The translations under genes were made by a program, and so were the position numbers. Of a stretch of DNA of 64,000 nucleotides, positions 1-14,414 are shown in pieces (positions within the stretch are counted from its first letter, which is position 1; the number at the start of each line of letters is the position of its first letter). This DNA is from Macrostomum lignano (taxonomy: Eukaryota), in assembly GCA_002269645.1 (NCBI GenBank), contig NIVC01000401.1, positions 1 to 64,000 of the forward strand, written 5' to 3'. A model generated the notes under the pieces. It was not told where the DNA came from and made no database searches. It was given only the letters and a program-made list of their open reading frames with translations.

Positions 1-1191
1 AATATATTGTGCTACATATACTATATTATACTGTTATGCTATAATTAAGCGTATATAATGCATATATTATTGGTAACCATGAGACGCACAGATACTCCCG
101 CACCGAGTCTCTTAGCGAGCGAGCATTACTTATCATAACGAAATAACAAAAATTGTATAAAATATTTCTAAGCATATTAATTATTTATTAACCTGCCGTC
201 ATTTTGTTTTATTGCTTTCCGCGCGCGTTTGTACTCCTTCGAGAAAGAATTTCGAGAAAATTTCAGCGTTCTTTGTCGTGTCTGTTTCGATGTCCTTCTG
301 CTGTTATTCTGCACGCGACATTGTGCGGTTTCTAAGAAAGCGAACCGTTTGTTTTAAATTTGTTTTTGTGTTTGATTGCTTTTTCCAAATAAACTTATCG
401 GCTAAAATAATATAAAAATTGTTTGACTTGCTGAATTATGCTTCAATAAAAACCACCTGATGTTTTGGAATTTTATTGGATTGCTTATAAATAATATAGC
501 TTTTGTTTGTCAGCTCATTTGGGCTTACGCGCGCGCATTTTATTTAATCCAAGATACGTTTGCCAAAGTGGAGCTTTTGTCTATGGTAGCAAGGCTGGCA
601 CAGCGGCATTTAATTGGTCCAACAAGCATCAATTTGATCCATTTAGTTCATTTGCAACGAAGCGCTCGACAAAGGTGAATACCCAAAGGACATTGCAAGG
701 TTGCAAGATTGCGTTGAAACCACTGCCGGCTATCGCCAAGGCAAGTTGCTCGAGAGCCTCAGGTCCAACCGTCCAACTGCTACTCGATGCAGTTGAGACG
801 AACAATTTGTTGATATTGCAGAAAATGCAGCAGAAGTTGAAGGAACAGTTCCAGTTGGTTATCAAATTTCGACTATCAGCAGAGCTCTGGAAAAGCGACT
901 GAAAATTGTTGGTAAAGACGCTGACATTCCAGGGGTACGCGACCACGTGCAGACGGTTGCGAGAAGGCAAGAGTTACTGGCTCACGAGCGTTTGGGACCA
1001 AATTAAATGCCGCTGTGTCAGCCTTGCCAGTTTCTTTTTTAGTTCTCAAGGTTTTACCATAGACAAAACTTAGTCGAGAAAAGTCTCTGGAAAAAAAGCA
1101 AAAAAATATAGAGACAAAACTGAATTTTTTTCTTGGCTTGCTTGCCAAGTCCCTTTAGGAAAAGGTTTGCTTTGACAAACCTGTGAATCAT

Positions 1192-1485
1192 TGCTCAGAG
1201 CAGCTCAGCGGTAAACGCGTCCGACTCTGCAACGGACACATTAATCTGGGACTTGTGTGCTTGAAAAATTGGCAGGGGGTGTTGCCAAGCGATTATTAAC
1301 AGTCATGAGAGTCATGCAGCCCCCAAGGCACAGAGAATGTACATGCCTGACGATTAGAAAGTCAGGGTCGCTGTACACCCTGTGTGAGCGTGTGTGAGTG
1401 CGTGCCTGCGTACAGCATTGGCGCGCTTGTATGCTCAGGAGTCAGCAGCCTGTGATCTACGCATTAAGCTACCCTCCTGCTAGTA
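1192..1485 (+). mobile_element. Diverged SINE copy, same family
   Basis: Shares CAGCGGTA head, CACATTAAT, CCCCCAAGGC.CAG..AATGTACATGCCT, GCTGTACAC.CCTGTGT, GCGCGCTTGTATGC.CAGG.AGTC and ACCCTCCTGC with the 33881 copy. Confidence 0.75.
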
Positions 1486-2091
1486 GGAGACTTAGAACCG
1501 CATAAAACCTATAACCTTTGTACATTAGTTATAAACCTATTTACATTTAGCACTCACTAGTTCGGTGCGCTGGTCCGTAACACACAAAAACAACATGAGC
1601 AACCCAAACCCGGACTCAAAGCTGGAAAACTTACTGGCAGCTAAATCGCGTGCCAGGAGGCTATGAGCGGCTTCTCAAACTCAATGAAGGTCCAAGCCTA
1701 GCAGTCTGCATGCCAAATGAGCCACAGCGGTGTAACAGATGTCATAAATACTAAGTAGGAATGCTCTACTTAGGGTGGGATTTGGGAATCAGGGGAAGCT
1801 GCAGGCCCAGAGCGCCAAGCGAATATGTGGGAGCGAGTTCTGGCGTGGGAATTCCTTTCCCTGGGCTCGGGGAGTCGTCTCCTGGGCTATAGGCAAGGTG
1901 CAACTGATGGAGCGTGCAAATGACTAAAAAAATGGCCTTGCTTATACCGCTCGTATTCAGCGCTCGCTAGATGGCCGCCAAGTCCACACTAACTCGCTTG
2001 ATAGTGGACTCAGCTATTGAGCACTAGTTTTGTGTAAACTGTTGATTTTTTGTTATTGAGTTCGTTAACTCTGAGCTTTGAGCTTTGGCGT

Positions 2092-2431
2092 GTCACTGTC
2101 AAAGTTTAGAGTCTATCACTGTGCAGGTTTAGAGTCTGTCACTGTCAAAGTTTAGAGTCTATCACTGTCAAAGTTTAGAGTCTATCACTGTCAAAGTTTA
2201 GAGTCTATCACTGTCAAAGTTTAGAGGCTATCACTGTGCAGGTTTAGAGTCCGGGGTCACTGTCCAAGTTTAGAGTCCGTCACTGTCCAAGTTTAGAGTC
2301 TGTCTCTGTCCAAGTTTAGAGTCCGGGGTCACTGTCCAAGTTTAGAGTCCGTCACTGTCCAAGTTTAGAGTCAGTCACTGTCCAGATTTCCAAATTTGGA
2401 TAGTGGACGGACGCTGTCCAAATTTAGAGTC
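2092..2431. repeat. Minisatellite, about 23-bp unit (TCACTGTCAAAGTTTAGAGTCTA)
   Basis: Tandem copies read directly; the unit decays toward 3'. Confidence 0.9.
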
Positions 2432-3499
2432 AACAACCCTTGAGCTTGAAGTCCATCACCCTCCGAATTTAGAGTCCGTCACCCGTGATTTTTGAGTCCC
2501 TCACCTTCCAAACTATGAGTTTGCGATTCAGTGCTGAATTTTTTGTGAAAATTTCTCGATCCGTGAGTCGCTTCCACCCCTACTGAGTCCGCGACCTGAG
2601 CAGTGCGCAGTTCGAACCGATCCCATCCAAAATGAAGCCACAGCCTCCCCAGGGTCAGCGCCGGCAGAGGTTGACTAAGGTGGCCCTCAGCCCTATCGAA
2701 CGACAAAACTCCCCCCCCACCCCTCCAGCTTCTTTTCCCGGCAGACTGATTGGAACTGACTGCAGGAGTGATTGGTTAATTATTGATTTTGAAATTGCCC
2801 ATCGAGGTCCCGCGCGTTTCCACTCGTTACCCCATTCCCCTCGCCGAAGTCCTGCCTGCTCCACTTCTGCCACCCCCGTCTGTTCGAATCCACCTTGGTG
2901 CACAAGAACGGGAGGAGAGAAAGAGACAGGGAGAGGTGGGTCAGAGCTCACTGGAGATCTGACGTATATTGATGAAGGGGAAGAGTGGAGAGACTGGAGG
3001 GGAGCAGTTGAAAAAAGAGCGAGAGAGAAGTGGGGAGGTGGTCCGCAGGCTTTAAGTTCTGCGGCACCGCAGGCCCCAAAAACTTTCCCTGGGGATTTTC
3101 AGACGGGCTCGGTGAGGCCGGCCCCGCGGTCTCTCAGTCCTACCTATCCCATACCTACAAGCCGCCACCGCTACCGCGCGCCCACCCACTCGACTCGACC
3201 GGAGGGGGAAGGTGAGGGCCGGCCGCCAACCAGCAGCCGCATCCGCTCCGTTGACCGGAGAGAACCAGCCGACTATAAGAAAAAATGGGGAGTAGACGGA
3301 GGAGATGGAAAATGGGGAGAATTGGCGGAGCCGAAGAGAAATCGGTAGCGAGAGGCCGGTGGGATGAGTATGGAAATTGGGGGGGGGGGAGCAGCACCGA
3401 GCACTGAGCTGTGCAAAGGGCCCGTGCGCGCTTTGTGTCTTTGAAGTGCGGCTTGCTCTCTCACGAGTTGCTGCGCTGCCGCCACTGCAAACTGTGCCG

Positions 3500-3893
<394 letters not shown>

Positions 3894-4427
3894 TATACTC
3901 TCCGAACAGTAAACTGAGCTACAAAAGCAGCAATCGAAGAAGAGGTAGCGGAGGTGACTGGAGGATGCTGTGCCCCCATATGGATAGATTCTGTATCGGC
4001 CGCATGCATAGATAGAGAGAAAAGAAGGGAAAGGAGATGCACAGGCTGAAGGATTGAGGATTTCGACTTCTCCCCCCTCCCATTTCCCCCTTGCAACGTG
4101 AAATCCCAGCGGGGCCCTCCATACGAGACCGAGTTTCCCATTGCCCAGGCCTTCCTCTCCCAGCAGCAATTGGACTCTGCATCCCCGAATGCATTATTTA
4201 TCGGCCGGGACCTTGCAACCACCTGTCCGGTGAGCCCTGCACCTCCTGGCAGCCCCATCGCAGACTCCTGGCCAATTCACGGCCTCATCTCCGCCTGAAA
4301 TTGCCCCCTGCTCACGCTGAGTTAATCCTCATTTTCCTCTTTCCTATGCGATCTTTGCTGTTCGTAAACTTGGAATTTTCCTATTTCGAAGCTGAATTAC
4401 TCAATTAATCACCCTCATTCTCGTTTC

Positions 4428-4944
4428 GAATCTTCTGAAGTTATCTGCATCCTCATTGAGATTCTTCTGAAGTTATCTGCATCCTCATTGAGAATCTTCT
4501 GAAGTTCTCCCACATCCTCATTGAGAATCTTCTGAAGTTCTCCCACATCCTCATTGAGAATCTTCTGAAGTTCTCCCACATCCTCATTGAGAATCTTCTG
4601 AAGTTATCCCGCATCCTCATTGAGATTCTTCTGAAGTTCTCCCACATCCTCATTGAGAATCTTCTGAAGTTCTCCCACATCCTCATTGAGAATCTTCTGA
4701 AGTTCTCCCACATCCTCATTGAGAATCTTCTGAAGTTCTCCCACATCCTCATTGAGAATCTTCTGAAGTTATCCCGCATCCTCATTGAGATTCTTCTGAA
4801 GTTATCTGCATCCTCATTGAGAATCTTCTGAAGTTCTCCCACATCCTCATTGAGAATCTTCTGAAGTTCTCCCACATCCTCATTGAGAATCTTCTGAAGT
4901 TATCCCGCATCCTCATTGAGAATCTTCTAAAGTTCTCCCACATC
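4428..4944. repeat. Minisatellite, 33-bp unit (CCTCATTGAGAATCTTCTGAAGTTCTCCCACAT)
   Basis: Tandem copies read directly. Confidence 0.95.
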
Positions 4945-6400
4945 TTTAATCCCAGATTTTCCCCATGGCGGATGCTTTTTCCGCTGTAGTTCAACCAGTC
5001 TGAGTCAGGCCAAGGATAAGCCCAACTTAGAGACAGCTATAATACAGTCGAAACTTGATGCCGTGTTTCCAAGGTAGACAAGGAGGCAGGGGAGGCCGTT
5101 AAGAGCTGGACAGTGGCCTCAAGGACTCGATCGGTCGGAGCTGACGCTGGAGGCTGAGAGACTCAGACAGGAGAGAGGAGAGAGTATGCAGATAGGGGGA
5201 GGTAATCGAATTACAGCATGTAGATGTGGGACTTCCCCCTGTTGGATGGGCATCCCCCCTGGGTGACAGGTGGGGTCGCTTGTCTGCCGAAGCAACCGAG
5301 TGGCTAGTCTCTCTTTCTCTCGTCCCTCCTCGTCTAGAGACCTGCTCAACCGAGCTTTGGTTGCTGGGGCGAGCTCATCTCCCCCCCCGCCCGCTGCAAC
5401 ACCGGAGCAGAGAGGAAAACAAACTGACGGAGTGTAAAGTCAAGAATAAGAAGAAGACTTCGTGGGCGGCTGCCGGGGCGGGTTGTGTCAGGTTGTTTCG
5501 CGACTGGCGGCACGTCAAGGGAAGATTGGAAGAGAGAAAGGGGAAGGCGGGCTCCCTGTCCCACCCACAGCCCGAGGGGAAATCGAGGACGACGGGAGAA
5601 CGGCTCACAGAGAGGTGTGGCCAGCTGGGAGCGGAAAATTCTGCTTTTTAATAAACCTGCCCAATCCATCACCTGGAGCTGTCGGGCCCGCTAATTTGTT
5701 TATCACGTGGCAGACCGCCCACAACGACTCACTCCAGACGGCGTCTCCCCCCACCAACGCCCATCTTCTCACCTCGGCACTCATTGTTTTCCTGAGTCAC
5801 CCAACCACCGCTCGACAGGCCTCTCGGCTTTGCGTCAAGTGCTTGAATTCAAAAAGCGAAAAAGTAAACTTCGATCGAACCAGAAATGCCCCCCACTACC
5901 CTACTCGGGCTAACAACTTTGACGCGAATTCAATTTTGATCTCCATCTGTTAGGTTAAATGGAAAATTTGGATTGCTCTTGTCCAGGAAAATTAGAACGA
6001 AAATCCAGGAAACTCTACACCGGCTACGCCTTAGGTCAGGGAACACTGACTGCAGGGGGCATGCAAGAATAGATTGGCAATTGATTCTCAATAAATTCGA
6101 AACAGCAGAACCGATTTAAACAGTCTTGGTTTCGTTTTAAAGCTGGAAAATATTTTCCACAACTGACACGACTTGTGACAGAAAAGACACGAGTTCAGTT
6201 ATTTATGCGGCAGGAAAGTTCAAAGAAATGATTTTTAGCATGTTACTAGCAATCAGGGCCAAAAGAATGCAGTACAAGTTTTTAATAAACTAAATGTAGC
6301 GTCTCTTTGCATTATACCTCAGCAGTCCCTTGTAAGCCTTAACATATCAACTCCCCCCTTGACATCTCATGCCCCCATAAGCCTTGAAATCTTAAAAAAT

Positions 6401-6524
6401 CCCTAACCCTTACCCTAGCCCTAACCCTAACCCTATCCCTAACCTAACCCTAACCCTACTCCTAACCATAACCTAACCCTAACCCTATACCTAACCCTAA
6501 CCCTAACCCTAATCATAACCCTAA
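6401..6524. repeat. Degenerate interstitial telomere-type (CCCTAA)n tract
   Basis: CCCTAA units with variants (CCCTAG, CCCTAT, CCATAA). Confidence 0.8.
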
Positions 6525-7348
6525 AGCAATGACATTTCAGTAATTCCCCCCAAGAGTCATTATAGCACTACAGCACTATAGCGATTCCCTGCAAGCCTCG
6601 ACATCGTAGGGATTCCCAAATGAATCTCTTAACTTCGACTTGACGCTTCTTTTTTACATGACGCTTTTTCTATCAGCGACCCCCCCGTGAGGAGCCAACA
6701 AATATTAATGTAATAAAAAGTTTTGAATACACTACATGTAGCTTCTGACTTTAGCATTGACATCTCAGTTATTCCCGAGCCTTGACATCTCAGCTATTCC
6801 CCCGTAAGCTTTGACAACATAGTAATTCTCCCCAAGAGTCACAGCACACAGTTTCAAGTGACGTTTTTTTACATGACGCTTCTTTAATGTCTGACATGAC
6901 GTTTCTTTTATTTTTGACATTACGCTTCCTTCATGTCTGACATGACGCTTCTTTTGTCAAGGCTTTACTCTACTTTTGAATAAACTACCCGTTTAAACTA
7001 CAGTTTCTCTTTGCAATAACCTCAGCAATCCCTTGTGAGCCTTGACATCTCAGCTTTATGCGGCAGGAAAGTAAAAAAAAATGATTTTTAGCATGTTATA
7101 TGAGCTAAAATCGACATCGAAAAGTTTTGATTCTTTGTTGGTTGAAGTTTTGTGCAGATAGTGAGGTTTTCCCGCCTCTCTTTTGCAAACCTCGAGTTCT
7201 TGCCAAACAGTTTTCGTTCCGTCGCGCGTTTGCTAAACTTTCTACTGGTTTCCACACTGGCAGTAGTTGCATGCGAATATTAGAATAATTCATTTATTCC
7301 TCTGCCTCCTCTGAAAATACTCTTGATTCTAGTTACGCTCCTAATTCT

Positions 7349-8712
<1,364 letters not shown>

Positions 8713-9127
8713 GTCAGGAATAAAAAACTTTTTTCTGACTCTACTACTTAATCTTTTGTCTCAGATCAAATCTCAGTCTGACACTTTAAAATCTCCTTAA
8801 TAGTCATGTTGCTGACAGCACTGACTCTCAGGACTATCGCGCAGACTAATACAGTCTGAGAGCGCCATCTGTAACTCTCTAGCAGTGAAATTATCAAGCA
8901 AATTAACAAATCCGCGCTGGGCTGCCAATCCAAAAAAATTAACAATTCTCTACCCTCCCCCCAGCTTCGTCTCCCATTCTCCTGAGCACAGGTGGGAGGC
9001 CTCAGCAAACAGTTCTCATCATTACATATAAAAATGGGAACTCAGTTGGATCTGAAAAATATGTAGAGAAACGAACGACAATTACACTAATACGGCACCA
9101 TTTAGAAACTGAGATACACTCGTAGAG

Positions 9128-12100
9128 ATGTTTGAAAATCAAAACTGCTCAGATAGTTGCCATGGCGGCGAGGGTGGCAGTGGCGCTGGAGGCGGCAGCG
9201 GTAGCGGTCAGTTAAAGTGCAAAATCTGCAGTGTGATACTGCCAAGCAAGGTGAGATGATCTTGAGTTGTTTTCTGTTGCATTTTCACACCAAATACCCA
9301 AATATCCAAAAGACAAAGCTTTATTTAAAATAGGGTTTAAGCCAAGGCCATTAATTCAACATCACTGTCTCCTAGGTGGGAGCCTCATGTCTCCTAGGTG
9401 GGTGCCTCCTGTCTCCTAGGTGGGAGCCTCATGTCTCCTAGGTGGGTGCCTCCTGTCTCCTAGGTGGGTGCCTCCTGTCTCCTAGGTGGGAGCCTCATGT
9501 CTCCTAGGTGGGTGCCTCCTGTCTCCTAGGTGGGAGCCTCATGTCTCCTAGGTGGGTGCCTCCTGTCTCCTAGGTGGGTGCCCCCTGTCTCCTAGGTGGG
9601 AGCCTCATGTCTCCTAGGTGGGTGCCTCCTGTCTCCTAGGTGGGTGCCTCCTGTCTCCTAGGTGGGAGCCTCATGTCTCCTAGGTGGGTGCCTCCTGTCT
9701 CCTAGGTGGGTGCCTCCTGTCTCCTAGGTGGGTGCCTCCTGTCTCCTATGTGGGTGCCCCCTGTCTCCTAGGTGGGTGCCTCCTGTCTCCTAGGTGGGTG
9801 CCTCCTGTCTCCTAGGTGGGTGCCTCCTGTCTCCTAGGTGGGTGCCTCCTGTCTCCTAGGTGGGTGCCTCCTGTCTCCTAGGTGGGAGCCTCATGTCTCC
9901 TAGGTGGGTGCCTCCTGTCTCCTAGGTGGGTGCCTCCTGTCTCCTAGGTGGGTGCCTCATGTCTCCTAGGTGGGTGCCTCCTGTCTCCTAGGTGGGAGCC
10001 TCATGTCTCCTAGGTGGGTGCCTCCTGTCTCCTAGGTGGGTGCCTCCTGTCTCCTAGGTGGGAGCCTCATGTCTCCTAGGTGGGTGCCTCCTGTCTCCTA
10101 GGTGGGTGCCTCCTGTCTCCTAGGTGGGAGCCTCATGTCTCCTAGGTGGGAGCCTCCTGTCTCCTATGTGGGAGCCTCATGTCTCCTAGGTGGGTGCCTC
10201 CTGTCTTCTATGTGGGAGCCTCATGTCTCCTAGGTGGGTGCCTCCTGTCTCCTATGTGGGAGCCTCATGTCTCCTAGGTGGGTGCCTCCTGTCTCCTATG
10301 TGGGAGCCTCATGTCTCCTAGGTGGGTGCCTCCTGTCTCCTATGTGGGAGCCTCCTGTCTCCTAGGTGGGAGCCTCCTGTCTCCTAGGTGGGAGCCTCCT
10401 GTCTCCTAGGTGGGAGCCTCCTGTCTCCTATGTGGGAGCCTCATGTCTCCTAGGTGTGTTCCTCCTGGTTCCTAGGTGGGCGACCCCTGCCTCCTAGGGG
10501 GGCTCCCTAGGTGCGTGCCCCTGTCTTCTAGGTGGGTGCCTCCTGTCTCCTAGGTGGGTGCCTCCTGTCTCCTAGGTGGGTGCCTCCTGTCTCCTAGGTG
10601 GGTGCCTCCTGTCTCCTAGGTGGGAGCCTCCTGTCTCCTATGTGGGAGCCTCATGTCTCCTAGGTGGGTGCCTCCTGTCTCCTATGTGGGAGCCTCATGT
10701 CTCCTAGGTGGGTGCCTCCTGTCTCCTATGTGGGAGCCTCATGTCTCCTAGGTGGGTGCCTCCTGTCTCCTATGTGGGAGCCTCATGTCTCCTAGGTGGG
10801 TGCCTCCTGTCTCCTATGTGGGAGCCTCATGTCTCCTAGGTGTGTTCCTCCTGGTTCCTAGGTGGGCGACCCCTGCCTCCTAGGGGGGCTCCCTAGGTGG
10901 GTGCCCCTGTCTTCTAGGTGGGTGCCTCCTGTCTCCTAGGTGGGTGCCTCCTGTCTCCTAGGTGGGTGCCTCCTGTCTCCTAGGTGGGTGCCTCCTGTCT
11001 CCTAGGTGGGTGCCCCCTGTCTCCTAGGTGGGTGCCCCCTGTCTCCTAGGTGGGTGCCCCCTGTCTCCTAGGTGGGCGTCCCCTGTCTCCTAGGTGGGTG
11101 CCCCCTGCCTCCTAGGTGGGTGCCCCCTGTCTCCTAGGTGGGTGCCCCCTGTCTCCTAGGTGGGTGCCCCCGTCTCCTAGGTGGGTGCCCCCGTCTCCTA
11201 GGTGGTCCTGAACTCGAATCCCCAGATGCGGCTCGGTAAGCCAGCAGCAACAAACACCAGAAGCTCTTCCTATCCAGGCGACCACCACTGGTAGGGAAAA
11301 AGGGAATAAAAAAGTCCAGTATGAGGCAAAAAAGGCCTAACAAAACATTTTTATCCCTAAGCTGTAAAAACTGCAAATTGCCCCGCCCCTTGCGAGTCGC
11401 TCCGCCTCTCTCACCCTCAGCTTCTCCTCCTCATCCCCTCCTTCGTTCAGTTGTTGAAAAAATATTAATGCTCAAAATTTTGGCAAGTCCAGCTGCCCGA
11501 TTCCCAGAGCAGTGGCTGCAGAATGTAATATAAATATATATATAAATATACGCAGGAAAGAATGCATCGCGGGCAAATGGCGCCCACGATGAAGGGGATT
11601 TGGAGGGCGCGGCGCTATGCACAGAAGTGGATTCTTAGATTTTGGATTGTTTGGTAGGATGGTAGAGTGCCTCACAAGAATCCCTGTTGTGTTTACCTAC
11701 GCTGGTAAGCTGGGAATAAAAATAAGGTGAGAGAAAAAATGGTAAGGTGTTGCGAGTTGTGAGCTGGCATCGTGTTTTATCCAGAGGCTGTTGTCAATCA
11801 TAAATCAGTTTGTTTGATTGGCAATTTTTTCTGACCCAACCGGCCAACACCCCCCCCCCTCGGGTCTGCTAAAGAGGCAGGCAGCAAACAGACTTCTCAA
11901 AGACACTGAGATAGGATGGAAATTATTCACTGATTGTCCCCTCATATCTCTGAGGCAAACACTTCAATATTGCCTTTCCTTTTGCATGCACAGCAACAAG
12001 TAGCAGGCCATTGTGTACCAAATACAATTGCTGCTTTTTGGGCCAATTTTTTATTCATAAAAATCTTTTATTTGCTTGAAGAGTAGCAACCATTATCTGG

Positions 12101-13572
12101 CAATGCTGAAAATTGTTTCGGCAATTTTTACGGAATAAATATTAAAAGAATTGACGAAATCGATACTTTAGCTAGTGGGCACAATGTCCGTTCAGTGCCA
12201 GTCACAGCCTCCCCAGTGTCCTTTCAGTGCCAGTCACAGCCTTCCCAGTGTCCTTTCAGTGCCAGTCACAGCCTCCCCAGTGTCCTTTCAGTGCCAGTCA
12301 CAGCCTTCCCAGTGTCCTTTCAGTGCCAGTCACAGCCTCCCCAGTGTCCGTTCAGTGCCAGTCACAGCCTTCCCAGTGTCCGTTCAGTGTCAGTTTCAGC
12401 CCTCACTCAGTGCCAGTCCCAGCCCTCACTCAGCGCCAGTCCCAGCCCTCACTCAGCGCCAGTCCCAGCCCTCACTCAGCGCCAGTCCCAGCCCTCACTC
12501 AGCGCCAGTCCCAGCCCTCACTCAGCGCCAGTCCCAGCCCTCACTCAGTGCCAGTCCCAGCCCTCACTCAGCGCCAGTCCCAGCCCTCACTCAGCGCCAG
12601 TCCCAGCCCTCACTCAGCGCCAGTCCCAGCCCTCATTTAGTGCCAGTCCCAGCCCTCACTCAGCGCCAGTCCCAGCCCTCACTCAGCGCCAGTCCCAGCC
12701 CTCACCCAGTCCAACACTCGCACCTTCATCTTCAGGAGGAGTTCTGGCGGCACCGAGTGCAGCACATGAGACCAGACAGGGTGCTGCGCTGCTCGCAGTG
12801 CCCGTTCGTCACCGAGTACAAGCACCACATGAAATATCACGCCGCCAATCACTCGGGCTCGAGGCCGTACAAGTGCCCGAACTGCGACTACGTCTGCATC
12901 AACCGTTCCATGCTGAACTCGCACCTGCGCAGCCATTCGGCCAATCGGGCGCACCGATGCCACGACTGCGGCTTCACCACCAAGTTTGTGCACAATTTGC
13001 ACCTGCACACCAGAAGATTCGGGCACCGAGGAGGCGACTGTGACGGCAGCGCCGATGGAAACAAAACGGCTGGACGTCGACGCCGTCTTCCGGAAAGATC
13101 TACTCGTTCATCAGCTGGTGCTGGTGGTGCTGCTGATGTAACTACAAGTTCTCAGTCTGCTCAGCAAGCAGTGGGTGCTCCAGCAGTTTCCATGGTGATG
13201 CAAGCGGCTGCAGCTGCCGCCGCTGCCGCGACCGCTTCGATGCAACTGCCGCCAATCAGTCGCTTTTTTGTGCAGCATCCGCCACCGCCTCCGCGACCGC
13301 CGCCGCCGCCGCCGCTGCCGCCGCCGCTTCAGCCGCCCTCGCTTCCTCTGAAACGAGCGACGCTACCACCGCCAGCAGCGAGTCGCGGCCCACCCGTCCG
13401 GCCGATGGAGTGCCGTCACTGCGGCATCGTGTTCCGCAATTTCGTCCTGTGCGTCATGCATCTCGGCTATCACTCCACCGGCGCCAACCCCTTCAGGTGC
13501 AACGGCTGCGGCTTCCAGGCCTATAGCGAGCTCGGCTTCAACATGCACCTGTACAGGGACGCGCACGGCTGA
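9128..13572 (+). CDS. hb: Hunchback-type C2H2 zinc-finger transcription factor, two coding exons (9128-9250, 12736-13572; about 319 aa)
   Basis: Exon 1 reads MFENQNCSDSCHGG...QLKCKICSVILPSK, then donor AAG|GTGAGA (9250/9251). Acceptor TTCAG|GAG at 12735/12736 is phase 0 and completes finger 1 (EEFWRHRVQH). Three more fingers follow (CSQCPFVTEYKHH, CPNCDYVCINRSMLNSH, CHDCGFTTKFVHNLHLH), then a low-complexity linker and two C-terminal fingers (CRHCGIVF...HLGYH, FRCNGCG...H). This 4+2 layout and the FVTEYKHH and SMLNSH motifs are hunchback signatures. The ATG at 9128 is inferred and further 5' exons are possible. Confidence 0.85.
9365..11205. repeat. Minisatellite, 22-bp unit (GTCTCCTAGGTGGGTGCCTCCT), hb intron
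   Basis: About 1.8 kb of tandem copies with GGGAG/CAT variants. Confidence 0.97.
12185..12710. repeat. Compound minisatellite: 32-bp unit switching to a 23-bp unit at about 12395
   Basis: CAGTGCCAGTCACAGCCTTCCCAGTGTCCTTT, then CAGCGCCAGTCCCAGCCCTCACT; ends about 25 nt before the hb acceptor. Confidence 0.93.
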
Positions 13573-13659
13573 TGATGGAGGCTGCAGTCTGATTTTCTAA
13601 AGATTGTGATTCTAAACATTTTTCTAACTCTGAAGACTGACTATCGAAATAGGGCGTTT

Positions 13660-14414
13660 CAGTGAGTCTCTCTGGGGACAGTGACTCTCTCAGACAGTGA
13701 GTCTCTCAGGCAGTGACTCTCTCAGACAGTGACTCTCTCAGACAGTGATTCTCTCAGACAGTGACTCTCTCAGACAGTGACTCTCTCAGACAGTGACTCT
13801 CTAAGACAGTGATTCTCTCAGACAGTGACTCTCTCAGACAGTGATTCTCTCAGACAGTGACTCTCTAAGACAGTGATTCTCTCAGACAGTGACTCTCTAA
13901 GACAGTGACTCTCTCAGACAGTGACTCTCTCAGACAGTGATTCTCTCAGACAGTGACTCTCTCAGACAGTGATTCTCTCAGACAGTGACTCTCTAAGACA
14001 GTGATTCTCTCAGACAGTGACTCTCTAAGACAGTGACTCTCTCAGACAGTGACTCTTTAAGACAGACTCTCTCAGACAGTGATTCTCTCAGACAGTGACT
14101 CTCTCAGACAGTGATTCTCTCAGACAGTGACTCTCTAAGACAGTGATTCTCTCAGACAGTGACTCTCTAAGACAGTGACTCTCTCAGACAGTGACTCTTT
14201 AAGACAGACTCTCTCAGACAGTTAATCTCTCAGACAGTGACTCTCTCAGACAGTGACTCTCTCAGACAGTGACTCTCTCAGACAGTGAATCTCTCAGACA
14301 GTGAATCTCTCAGACAGTGAATCTCTCAGACAGTGACTCTCTCAGACAGTGACTCTCTCAGACAGTGACTCTCTCAGACAGTGACTCTCTGAGACAGTGA
14401 CTCTCTCAGACAGT
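13660..14414. repeat. Minisatellite, 16-bp unit (GACAGTGACTCTCTCA)
   Basis: Tandem copies beginning about 90 nt after the hb stop. Confidence 0.96.

Noticed and set aside
507-1000. 131-aa and 113-aa ORFs at the window start
   Set aside because: No recognisable domain or splice support; a coding-looking alternative frame is interrupted by a stop.
12175-12735. Repeat-derived N-terminal 187 aa of the 465-aa zinc-finger ORF
   Set aside because: Finger 1 lacks its Cys pair in that ORF, and splicing from 9250 supplies it exactly.
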